64,000 nucleotides of DNA, taken from the IMG/VR virus record IMGVR_UViG_3300050010_000483, positions 20,592 to 84,591 of that record; one strand, given 5' to 3'. A program made the translations under genes and the position numbers. The notes under the pieces are model-generated. The model was given only the letters and a program-made list of their open reading frames with translations. It was not told the origin of the DNA and did no database searches. The DNA is from a virus. The number at the start of each line of letters is the position of its first letter. Position 1 is the first letter of the stretch. Shown here in pieces: positions 56,049-64,000 of this stretch.

Positions 56049-58384
56049 ATCGTATCATTTTCTGTGGTTGTTGTTTCGTCTCGAACCAAAAACGTAGAAT
56101 TTGACCAACTAATCGTATCCCTTAGGGTTCCGCGCTCTTCCACTTCAAAATTCTCAATATTGATATTGATGAAATTTTTTACCCATTTCTTTTTGCCGTC
56201 AGGAAATCGTCGAAGAATACGATTGTTATAACCTGTAGCCTCTCGCCCTTGTTCACGAATAACAATTTCAATAAGTTTATGACTACCACTATGTGGAGTA
56301 TCCAAGGCTACCTCGTCAGGAGTACGTTGGCGAAAAATCCAAACGCCAGAAGCAAAATGAGTGATACGGTCAGAAAGACCAATTGAACGTTCGTCATCTT
56401 GCATCTCTGCACTGGCGCGGTCTCCAACAACACCCTCACGATTGTTTTGACATGCAGTTAAAAACGGAGAATCAAGTTCCTCGGATAGTTTTTTGATAAA
56501 GTCAACTTTATCCCCCATTTCTTGATATTCTCGGCGAGATTTTTCATCATTACCTATGATCTTAATATAATCGTAGATAAATAAACAGTCTTTGCCACGG
56601 CCAACATACTTGTAGTACCAGCGGCGGCAGATCGCTGCAATTTCTTCAATTGGTTTATTTCCAACGGCCATGTGATAAACCTGATTATAATCCTGATCAA
56701 GAGCTTTACCTATTGAACGGACTTTTTGAACATATTCGTTATTTTTGCGCCAGTTACCTGTTTTAAGGTGCCAGAGACCGACCTGAGTCTTGGCCGCACC
56801 AGAACGGTATTTGACTTCATAACGAGACATTTCTGTGTCAAGAATGAGAACTGGAATTTTTTGCGTTTTACTAATTTCCATGCCTAATGCTGCAAGAAAA
56901 GTACTATTATGAGTTGGTATCATGGCCTTCCCGCAAAGAAATATATGAGATTTATGTTCGACCTCAATACAAACAGTATTTCCTCTTCCAAAGGGTCGGG
57001 CCTTAATATGACGATTTGGAAATTTTTCTTTACAAGAAGGTAAACAGGCCCCTTTATAATGAAAATTAATTCTATATTTCCATACAAAAGCTTTACCGTA
57101 TAACTTTGCGGGATTCTTTCTTAAGTAGGCTTTAATCCCAAGAGAATGAATCAATTCTAATATTTGTTGAGATAATTGTAGATTTTTATTGCAAAATTCT
57201 ACTCTTCCCGTCTTAGGGTCTATACAATCATTACTATCTATCAAACCTTGTAGTAATTTTCTTCTTTGCTCGATAGATGCTCGGAGATAAATACTGGGAA
57301 TATGTTTATTGCTGATTAAATCAAATTTACAGAGAAAGGTAAGATAATCCGCATGACTTCTCGCAAATGTTCCATTTCCCAACCAAATACCTAAAATATA
57401 TGGGTCAATAGGAAGATTTTGTTTTGGTAAGACAAGAGCCATGGATAATGGCAGTGATGGAGTTTGGGGTCGGATATTACGACTTTGGGTAATGTTATAC
57501 TGATACAATGATTTTGTATCCATTATTTCCCACGGATAATCTACTCTTTTACGGATTGGCCATTCATGGGCTTCATCACAAATGATATGCTGTTTATCAC
57601 AGGTTGTGACTTTGTATAATTGTCTATTTTTCCAATAAGCTTTATTAGTTACTTTGGTAATTTGTCCATCTAAAGTAAAAACCTCATCACCAATATTTAA
57701 ATCTTTTATTTTAACAAAACCTTTAGGCGTCGGAATAGGAGTATTCTCTTCTAAAGCTTTCCCAGCCTTGGCGCGAGCAGCAAAAATATACAAGTTCTTC
57801 CTTCTAAAGCCACCGTACAAACGATTGAATTCAGGAAATGGCGTTGGAATACCAATTTCTTCCATGGGATTGTTACCGCGTTCCTCAACTTCATCATAGA
57901 ACCCATCGAATAATCTTTCTGGTTCATTATTTATGTCAAACGAATTAATTTTCTGCCCGTAGAGAGCGTCAATTTCACCAATAGTAGCGTCCAACTCATT
58001 ATTAACGTTTTTATTGATGGTATCCTTCATAATATCCAAAGTAACCTCTAGGTCTCTCAGGACTCGGAATTTTACCAACTCGCTGGCGGCGCGGATAGTT
58101 GCTTGTGGAGTGACTGGGGTAAAAGAAATTGACTTGATATAATCAAAAATATCAATATCATCCTTGAACGAGATTCCAAGGTTTTTGATTTTTTGAGCAA
58201 GAAGTACTCTGTCAATCTTTTCGTTATTAACGAAAGCCTGGCGAATACATGAATAAATTACGCTGTGGGGTTTTGCAACGAAATCATTTTCGCCGACAAA
58301 TCTATCCACATCTGCGATTACCTCTGGATTGTTAATCAGACCGCTTAATACGTGTTTTTCGATTTGCAATGAAAATAAAGCCAT
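56045..58384 (-). CDS. dnaB: replicative DNA helicase DnaB, intein-containing
   Basis: IEKHVLSGL, GIPTPF..FN...GGF, Walker A AARAKAGK/ST split by an intein, LDTEM, IYDYIK and CQNNR. Start set at the ATG at 58384, next to a sigma70 promoter. Confidence 0.9.
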   Translation of the reverse strand: MALFSLQIEKHVLSGLINNPEVIADVDRFVGENDFVAKPHSVIYSCIRQAFVNNEKIDRVLLAQKIKNLGISFKDDIDIFDYIKSISFTPVTPQATIRAASELVKFRVLRDLEVTLDIMKDTINKNVNNELDATIGEIDALYGQKINSFDINNEPERLFDGFYDEVEERGNNPMEEIGIPTPFPEFNRLYGGFRRKNLYIFAARAKAGKALEENTPIPTPKGFVKIKDLNIGDEVFTLDGQITKVTNKAYWKNRQLYKVTTCDKQHIICDEAHEWPIRKRVDYPWEIMDTKSLYQYNITQSRNIRPQTPSLPLSMALVLPKQNLPIDPYILGIWLGNGTFARSHADYLTFLCKFDLISNKHIPSIYLRASIEQRRKLLQGLIDSNDCIDPKTGRVEFCNKNLQLSQQILELIHSLGIKAYLRKNPAKLYGKAFVWKYRINFHYKGACLPSCKEKFPNRHIKARPFGRGNTVCIEVEHKSHIFLCGKAMIPTHNSTFLAALGMEISKTQKIPVLILDTEMSRYEVKYRSGAAKTQVGLWHLKTGNWRKNNEYVQKVRSIGKALDQDYNQVYHMAVGNKPIEEIAAICRRWYYKYVGRGKDCLFIYDYIKIIGNDEKSRREYQEMGDKVDFIKKLSEELDSPFLTACQNNREGVVGDRASAEMQDDERSIGLSDRITHFASGVWIFRQRTPDEVALDTPHSGSHKLIEIVIREQGREATGYNNRILRRFPDGKKKWVKNFININIENFEVEERGTLRDTISWSNSTFLVRDETTTTENDTI
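56906..57757 (-). mobile_element. class 3 intein (284 aa) in the DnaB P-loop with a degenerate LAGLIDADG domain
   Basis: Starts ALEENTPIPTPKG after GK and ends IPTHN before Ser. Block B CDEAHEW, block F VCIEV, and endonuclease remnants LGIWLGNG and LQGLIDSND. Confidence 0.9.
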
Positions 58385-58389
58385 GCAAT

Positions 58390-58418
58390 ATCTTAGCAAA
58401 AACTTTGGTTTTTGTCAA
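58390..58418 (-). promoter_or_regulatory. sigma70-type promoter for dnaB, leaderless transcript likely
   Basis: Minus strand TTGACA-17 nt-TAAGAT, then 5 nt to the ATG at 58384. Confidence 0.75.
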
Positions 58419-58711
58419 GAGACTTCAGAATTTTCTTCATCACCATCGTCGCAGTTCATACCTCTAGCCTCAAGATAATCTTCCCTTGCCCCTTCAATGT
58501 ATAGGTCTTGAAGTGCTGCCGCTGAGTCAGTCATGTACTTTTGCATGGCCAATGCATGAATATTTGTATCAAAAAACATAGTCTGTCTTGGCATACCGTT
58601 CTCGTCAAAATAAAACACAACAAACCCACCCACACAATGCTCTTGCAGTTGGTGAATAAGTTCCTTGGTGATAATATTTTTAGATGTACCCTTCGGTTTA
58701 GATGTTCCCAT
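58415..58711 (-). CDS. hypothetical protein with an acidic tail
   Basis: 98-aa ORF filling the gap between the nuclease gene and dnaB, preceded by a GTGTAA motif. Confidence 0.7.
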   Translation of the reverse strand: MGTSKPKGTSKNIITKELIHQLQEHCVGGFVVFYFDENGMPRQTMFFDTNIHALAMQKYMTDSAAALQDLYIEGAREDYLEARGMNCDDGDEENSEVS

Positions 58712-58719
58712 ATCCTAGA

Positions 58720-58725
58720 TTACAC
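58720..58725 (-). promoter_or_regulatory. GTGTAA putative late-promoter motif (minus strand)
   Basis: Minus strand GTGTAAtctaggatATG, 8 nt before the start at 58711. Confidence 0.5.
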
Positions 58726-58727
58726 AT

Positions 58728-59141
58728 TCATAGGGATATTTGAAATTTCTCTTTGATAAATTCTGGCGAAAGTTTGTCAATTTCATCAAAATTTACTTCA
58801 ATTAATTTAAAATTATTTTTTTCAAGCCATTCCGTCTTTTGAACATCGCGCTTGATCGAAGCTAAATATTGAATCGGCTCATGGTTATGAAAGTAGTGTA
58901 ATTGAGAATGTTGAGGGCCATTTACTTCGACGGCAATTCTATACGTTGCATTTAGCAAATCCACTTTCATTAATGAACCATAAACGGGAAATTCCTCATA
59001 GCAAATACATCCCAACCAATATGGTTTGAAAAACTGCTTTGTTCGGAACTGAATCTTGGATTTACACTCGCCCTCCCAATCAATACGAAACCTGGCCACA
59101 TTTTTATGAACTAAACGGCCCTTGATGTTATAAAGTCTCAT
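58728..59141 (-). CDS. small restriction-fold endonuclease (DUF559/Vsr-like)
   Basis: EEFPV...VDLL...IAVEVNGPQH...RDVQK..WLEKNNFKLIEV pattern. Confidence 0.75.
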   Translation of the reverse strand: MRLYNIKGRLVHKNVARFRIDWEGECKSKIQFRTKQFFKPYWLGCICYEEFPVYGSLMKVDLLNATYRIAVEVNGPQHSQLHYFHNHEPIQYLASIKRDVQKTEWLEKNNFKLIEVNFDEIDKLSPEFIKEKFQISL

Positions 59142-61396
59142 TAGGCATGTAGTGCCTTGATGCGGTCCAGGACAACTTTCAATACTTTGGGATTAGCCTC
59201 GAAATAATCAGAAAACTGTTCGAGCCCCTGATGCTTGGATTTTAGCTCAAGACGGGGTGATAAAGGTAGTTCGGCACCATCTTTATTTTTTTTATTCTTT
59301 TCTTTGATGATTTCATTTTCTGCATCAATTGATTTGTTGGCTTCATCAATCCATTTCTGAACAATGTCAGAAATATCAATCCATGCACCTTTTTTGGTTA
59401 CAAGGTCGTACATGAATAAAGCATCAAATAGTTCCTTCTCAACCCAAACAGCATTACCAATGCGTCCCTTTTTGATTGGAATTTCAAGTCTGTATCCCGT
59501 TTCATCAGAAGATGATTTACGAAGGTCAATCTTGGCGTTTACGCCCAAAATTTTATTCTTAATAGGGTCTGGTTTCTCCTTTTCATTTTCGAGGATATAG
59601 TGGCTGGCAGCACGTGGCTGATAATACAAAGCATATGCAGCCTGGTGATTGAGTGCGTGAGTTTGATTACCTTCCATCAAATTGGGGACATCCTTGGCAT
59701 ATCTGTCGAGTTTGAATGTCGCAGAATATTGTGTGATCATAATCAAAAACCCATTGTATGCTGTAATCAGATGACACAAATGACGAAAGAGTTCCTTCGT
59801 AAGATAATTGACACCAGCAGGCCTCTTGTCATCAGACACCTTTGCATCGAACGACGACTTCAAACGAAGCATGTCAACACTATCAATGATGACGCATAAG
59901 TGGCCGCCAGCCTCATGAATTTGTTTGAATTGGCCGACAAGAATGTCACAAATAGTATCAAAACAGTTTGAGTCAAGAATAAACACAGAACCATAATCCC
60001 AATTATTTGGGTCTTTGGTAAAGGACATTCCTGTTCTGCCTTGAATTTCCTCGCCGAATTTTGCCTCGGCATTAACGTAGAACGTCTTTGATTTTGGCAT
60101 GGTGTCCATGAAGTTTTTTGCGAACAACATGGACTGGGATGTATTGTGGGTTAGATTAAATCCATCAGTTACATACAAACTATCGAAGGAATCTATTTTA
60201 ATGCAAACACATTCATCCTCACCAAATGGTTGAATATCTTCAATTGTTTTCTCTAATTCAGTAGTTCTTAGAACACAGCTATCCAGTTTTCGTTTTAACT
60301 TAAAGGGTTTAAAATCAGAAAAACTAATTATAATCCGATAACTTTTTCTACCATTTAATTTCACACCATTATAATGATAGGAAGGAATTCTGTCGGTGGC
60401 TGTTACTCTTGCCCCTAAACTTCTAGCTAAGAAAATAACATCTTCTGAAAGTTGTTTTGAAGAGGTGGAATATTCTAAACTGGTATTTTTGGAGACCCCG
60501 TTCCCTGTATCCATTAGTCCCATAAGAAGATTTTTTCTATCTTCAATGCTTGAAAATAGATATTCTTTTGGAATATGCTTTTCCCAACAGTATTTATTAT
60601 TAAGATTAAAACTAGAAAGAATATCTCTTATATTTGGAAAAATAAAATAGTAACCAAACAAATAATTTAGTTCTAATTGCAGAATAAAAAGGGAGTCTTT
60701 CAAGAATGATGACATTATATCTAATATATCAAGATTAGACGCAATAAATCCAACGCAATTTTGACCGTGAATGGATTTTATAAATGAGCCATCGCCAAGA
60801 AGTGCCCCAAAAACATATGGGTGTATTGGAAGGGGACGTGGCATTTTACGGAATTCGATTGGCTTGACATAGGGAATGGTATGATTATAATGATTACCAA
60901 CCATGAGAGTTTTTTTAAGTTGATGGGTGGTTTTTACACAGCCATTTCTTCCACAATTCCTGTCGGAATATTCTCTTGTCAACCAAAGATGCTCGTCACA
61001 GCAAATAACTTCGGTCTGATCTGAAAAAATTACTTTATTTACTTTTAATTTTCCCTGTGGATAAACTCCCAAAATTTGATGAGCTTTTCCATCGGACCCA
61101 ATTACTAATTGACCTTGTTTTAAGTCTCCCATCCTTTTCCAACCAGTTGGAGTCAACACTTTAGAATTGACTGACTCGGCCTTTCCGACCTCTGCGGGGC
61201 CGCCAATACGAATGACCGACCCAGTTTTAATCTTGACGTAACTATCAAGTTTTAGAGAGCCAGATGAGATCAAGGTTGGGTGTGAAACTACTGAATTAAA
61301 ATGAGTAGATTCTGTTTCCTTAAGCTGGGACACCAATAGATTCTTGGAGATGTCGTCCATCGTCTTTTCGCTTGGAGAGTTTGTTTGTTTGGCCAT
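59141..61396 (-). CDS. recA: RecA/UvsX-like recombinase, intein-containing
   Basis: ISSGSLKLD, Walker A GPAEVGK/TS split by an intein, YVNAE, Walker B VIIDSV and ITQ. Confidence 0.85.
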   Translation of the reverse strand: MAKQTNSPSEKTMDDISKNLLVSQLKETESTHFNSVVSHPTLISSGSLKLDSYVKIKTGSVIRIGGPAEVGKAESVNSKVLTPTGWKRMGDLKQGQLVIGSDGKAHQILGVYPQGKLKVNKVIFSDQTEVICCDEHLWLTREYSDRNCGRNGCVKTTHQLKKTLMVGNHYNHTIPYVKPIEFRKMPRPLPIHPYVFGALLGDGSFIKSIHGQNCVGFIASNLDILDIMSSFLKDSLFILQLELNYLFGYYFIFPNIRDILSSFNLNNKYCWEKHIPKEYLFSSIEDRKNLLMGLMDTGNGVSKNTSLEYSTSSKQLSEDVIFLARSLGARVTATDRIPSYHYNGVKLNGRKSYRIIISFSDFKPFKLKRKLDSCVLRTTELEKTIEDIQPFGEDECVCIKIDSFDSLYVTDGFNLTHNTSQSMLFAKNFMDTMPKSKTFYVNAEAKFGEEIQGRTGMSFTKDPNNWDYGSVFILDSNCFDTICDILVGQFKQIHEAGGHLCVIIDSVDMLRLKSSFDAKVSDDKRPAGVNYLTKELFRHLCHLITAYNGFLIMITQYSATFKLDRYAKDVPNLMEGNQTHALNHQAAYALYYQPRAASHYILENEKEKPDPIKNKILGVNAKIDLRKSSSDETGYRLEIPIKKGRIGNAVWVEKELFDALFMYDLVTKKGAWIDISDIVQKWIDEANKSIDAENEIIKEKNKKNKDGAELPLSPRLELKSKHQGLEQFSDYFEANPKVLKVVLDRIKALHA
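60143..61180 (-). mobile_element. class 3 intein (346 aa) in the RecA P-loop with a LAGLIDADG domain
   Basis: Starts AESVNSKVLTPTGW after GK and ends NLTHN before Thr. Block B CCDEHLW, block F CVCIKI, and FGALLGDG and LMGLMDTGNG. Confidence 0.9.
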
Positions 61397-61772
61397 AGTT
61401 TAAAAAATCTTTCAAAGTTCGGAGTTTGTTTATTATAATAATATCTTCTCCTATTTTACCAGAAGCAAGAGGGATTTCTTCTTTTTTTGGAAGGGAACTT
61501 TCTTGATTTTTTTTAAATTCTAGCAGTTGATCTGATAGATAATTTTCTCCCAAATTTACCGTGAAGAACAATAATGAGTCAACCTTATACCCTTCTGGTG
61601 GAGGAACTACTAATAGGAAGTCTTTACCGTACTTCGCAATCAGGCGATTGCAAATTTTCATTTCTCGACCCCAAATTGCAGGGATTTTACACCCCTTCAT
61701 ATTAGTTACAAGACGAATGACAATCTGTTGCTGAATAGAAAGTTTACGCTCTTTTTTGATTGGCCCGCTCAT
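61320..61772 (-). CDS. hypothetical protein
   Basis: 150-aa basic ORF bridging gmd and recA and overlapping both. Confidence 0.6.
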   Translation of the reverse strand: MSGPIKKERKLSIQQQIVIRLVTNMKGCKIPAIWGREMKICNRLIAKYGKDFLLVVPPPEGYKVDSLLFFTVNLGENYLSDQLLEFKKNQESSLPKKEEIPLASGKIGEDIIIINKLRTLKDFLNYGQTNKLSKRKDDGRHLQESIGVPA

Positions 61773-62910
61773 TTATGTCAGAGCTTACCATACGTTTGGC
61801 CAGTTCGTCAAGAGAAATTTTTGGCTTCCAACCCAAATCCTTTTGGGCCGCAGATGAATTACCAAGTAGTAATTCTACTTCATTTGGACGATAAAATTTT
61901 GGATTAACCCGAACGAGTATTAGGTACCTGCCATTTGGCTGAACTTGGGCAAAAACGTCTTTTTGAGGGTCGTATGGAGCGGAGCCACACAAAACATGAC
62001 CATTAATCCAAGAACCTTCAATTCCAGCGTGTTTAAAAGCAAGTTCAACAAATTCTCGGATGGTATGAGTTTCACCAGAGGCAAGAACATATTCTTTAAT
62101 GTTTTTTGCTAGATCATAATACATTGTTTGTATTCCGTCAAATTCACCAATCCAATGTAAATCTTTGTTGAATTTTTCCTGATTAAGCATTCTCCAAACA
62201 CCATCAATGAAATCCTCAGCATGACTCCAATCACGGCGGGTATCAAGATTTCCAAGTTCAAGAGGTTCAAAAGACTGTTTATTATCAAGAGCCTCTTTGA
62301 TACGAGCTACCCCTTGAGTAATCTTTCGAGTAACAAATTCAGGTCCACGACGTTCTGATTCGTGGTTAAAAAGAAGCCCTTGAATGGCATACAAATTGTA
62401 TGATTCTCGATACACCTTTACGAGAAAGTGGGCAGACGCTTTTGCGGCTCCATAAGGTGATCTTGGACGAAAAGGATGTTTTTCATCCTGTGGAGAATAT
62501 ATTACATCCCCAAATTGTTCGCTACTACCAGCATTGTAGAAACGACATAACGGTTGATATTTACGAATCGCCTCCAAGCATTTCAAAACACCAACCGCAC
62601 CAGCCATAAATGTTTCTTCTGGAATTTTCCAACTAATACCAACGAAAGATTGGGCAGCAAAATTAATAAAATAATCAGGTTTGATTTCTTGAATAATTGT
62701 ATCAATTGAGCCTCCGTCGCCCAAATCTCCAAATACCACATTAAAATTTGGATTAGTTAGAAGATGATTGTAATTCTTGGTATGAAGATTTGATGTGCGG
62801 CGTACCATCCCAAAAACTTGGTGTCCCAAGTTTAAGCAATATTCAGCCATATACGAGCCATCCTGGCCCGTTAATCCCGTCACAATGATCTTTTTTTTCT
62901 CAGTTCCCAT
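61744..62910 (-). CDS. gmd: GDP-mannose 4,6-dehydratase
   Basis: IVTGLTGQDGSYMAE, NFAAQSFV, AGSSEQFG, PRSPYGAAK, LFNHES.RRG.EFVTRKIT, LGNLD..RDW and RPNEVELLLG. Confidence 0.95.
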   Translation of the reverse strand: MGTEKKKIIVTGLTGQDGSYMAEYCLNLGHQVFGMVRRTSNLHTKNYNHLLTNPNFNVVFGDLGDGGSIDTIIQEIKPDYFINFAAQSFVGISWKIPEETFMAGAVGVLKCLEAIRKYQPLCRFYNAGSSEQFGDVIYSPQDEKHPFRPRSPYGAAKASAHFLVKVYRESYNLYAIQGLLFNHESERRGPEFVTRKITQGVARIKEALDNKQSFEPLELGNLDTRRDWSHAEDFIDGVWRMLNQEKFNKDLHWIGEFDGIQTMYYDLAKNIKEYVLASGETHTIREFVELAFKHAGIEGSWINGHVLCGSAPYDPQKDVFAQVQPNGRYLILVRVNPKFYRPNEVELLLGNSSAAQKDLGWKPKISLDELAKRMVSSDINERANQKRA

Positions 62911-62957
62911 GTTTATAATACAGGAATAAAGTCAATATAGTATGATTTATTTGGCAC

Positions 62958-62982
62958 AAAAAATCCATATGTTTCTGGATTT
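62958..62982 (-). terminator. possible weak terminator
   Basis: Minus strand AAATCCA-8 nt-TGGATTT followed by Ts, just after the stop at 62993. The stem is AT-rich. Confidence 0.3.
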
Positions 62983-62992
62983 GAAATAATAT

Positions 62993-63649
62993 TTAGAAAT
63001 TGATTAAACCACCACTGAATAAACACTGCATGGCTGTATTTGACGCCGCTTTGTATTGAGTAGCGTACTCTTGATTGAAATTACCAGTAATCACTTGACC
63101 AGTAACACATGGACCAGGGCTTTTGGCCGTATCAAAATAGAATGAAGTGCTGGCAATGAAACTTTGTTTCCATTCCCAATTATTCAAAACGTATGATTCA
63201 AATTCGTTGACAGTGAGACGAACATCTTCATAAATTGAAGACGCCATCATACTGATGGCGCGATCATAATCACGCGAGTGGTCTTCTGGATACACCAGTC
63301 CCAAATGGCCATTAATTGAGATGGAGGTAAAGTCAATGATGTCAGGTAATTTCTCTTTTTTATCAATCTTATCATTAATCTTGTCAATGGCAGTTTGAAT
63401 ACTGGATTGAAATTCAGTAACCTGCTTAAGCAATTTCTGTTGTTTCTCGGCAACCTTTGCTTTTGCCACTTCCCAATAACCAATAATTGCGTGGGCTAAG
63501 ACAACATCATGCTTGGCTTTATTTTCAATCAAAGCCTCAAGCAGCTTTGATTTATTCATAACAACTTCATTCATATTGGCAATTGGAGATTCTCCTACGT
63601 CAAAAATTTTGGAGGGTTTTATAGCAGGTATTTTTTTTATCATAGTCAT
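62993..63649 (-). CDS. hypothetical coiled-coil protein
   Basis: 218-aa ORF with PEDHSRDYDRAISM...EFESYVLNNWEWK. Function unknown. Confidence 0.75.
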   Translation of the reverse strand: MTMIKKIPAIKPSKIFDVGESPIANMNEVVMNKSKLLEALIENKAKHDVVLAHAIIGYWEVAKAKVAEKQQKLLKQVTEFQSSIQTAIDKINDKIDKKEKLPDIIDFTSISINGHLGLVYPEDHSRDYDRAISMMASSIYEDVRLTVNEFESYVLNNWEWKQSFIASTSFYFDTAKSPGPCVTGQVITGNFNQEYATQYKAASNTAMQCLFSGGLINF

Positions 63650-63676
63650 AATAGTTATGATTGTGTTTTTGAGTTT

Positions 63677-64000
63677 TTATTCAATAAAATTAAAATCTAT
63701 AGTAAAATCTGATCCTCTTATTGCATTTGGATAATCCAATCCTTGAATTGGATATTTTCTATGTAAAGGAGTTTTTTTGTCTATTAAATTATTATTTAAT
63801 AACGTAATTTCTAGGATTTCTGGGCAAGAAAAATCTTTATATTGAAACATACATCCACAATTATTTGCGTGAACATGAGTAATAGTAAAATAAGATTGTA
63901 AATTACTAATTATATCAACAAATTGACGATAATATACCTTAATATTATGAATTTCTAACACAATAGCACTCAACGTTTTAAAATGTGATATTGGATAATA
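63677..64000 (-). CDS. C-terminal part of a FkbM-like methyltransferase-family protein (partial, runs off the window)
   Basis: IVLEIH...FTITHVHANNCG...PEILEITL...YPIQGLDYPN resembles the C-terminus of FkbM-like proteins found near glycan genes. Confidence 0.55.
   Translation of the reverse strand, partial: YYPISHFKTLSAIVLEIHNIKVYYRQFVDIISNLQSYFTITHVHANNCGCMFQYKDFSCPEILEITLLNNNLIDKKTPLHRKYPIQGLDYPNAIRGSDFTIDFNFIE

Noticed and set aside
62911-62960. Full sigma70 promoter upstream of gmd
   Set aside because: TTGACT and TATTAT on the minus strand are only 9 nt apart, so the pair does not form a canonical promoter.
403-63734. Many short alternative-frame and antisense ORFs in the supplied track (e.g. 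6192-6461, 8181-8546, 47659-48057, 52713-53177)
   Set aside because: They lie wholly within longer well-supported genes, lack recognisable motifs and are expected shadows of biased codon usage.
1-64000. Stop-codon reassignment as seen in some large phages
   Set aside because: The standard code gives near-complete coding density with very long ORFs, and TAA, TGA and TAG all end genes at sensible boundaries.

Overview
This window is a 64-kb, AT-rich (roughly 35-37% GC by eye) piece of a large tailed dsDNA phage genome read in the standard code. It shows no bacterial housekeeping synteny, tRNA, rRNA or CRISPR array. The + strand (1-35417 and 40039-49596) carries a virion module: scaffold end, capsid decoration protein, major capsid protein, fibre-like proteins, head-tail joining proteins, tail tube, chaperones, a 3040-aa tape measure protein and very large tail-tip proteins. 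No tail sheath was recognised. The - strand carries early/middle genes: an annealing protein, two glycosyltransferase genes and a Whirly-like ssDNA-binding protein (35414-39983), then a replication block (49593-64000). That block holds DnaE split from its PHP domain, a DEDDh exonuclease, YopX, a Cas4-like nuclease, primase, DnaB and RecA (each with an Ala-initiated class 3 intein in the P-loop), GDP-mannose 4,6-dehydratase and a partial methyltransferase-like gene. Two promoter classes are visible: canonical sigma70 sites before early genes and a recurring GTGTAA motif before virion genes. The best candidates for new biology are (i) a phage-encoded virion glycosylation system (gmd, a GT4, a GT9 split over two genes, and Ser/Thr-Gly-rich surface proteins) and (ii) a tape measure protein carrying cassette-like cargo domains delimited by a repeated A-x-G-[FY]-[IV]-P motif. 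All family calls come from motif recognition by eye; no database search was run.
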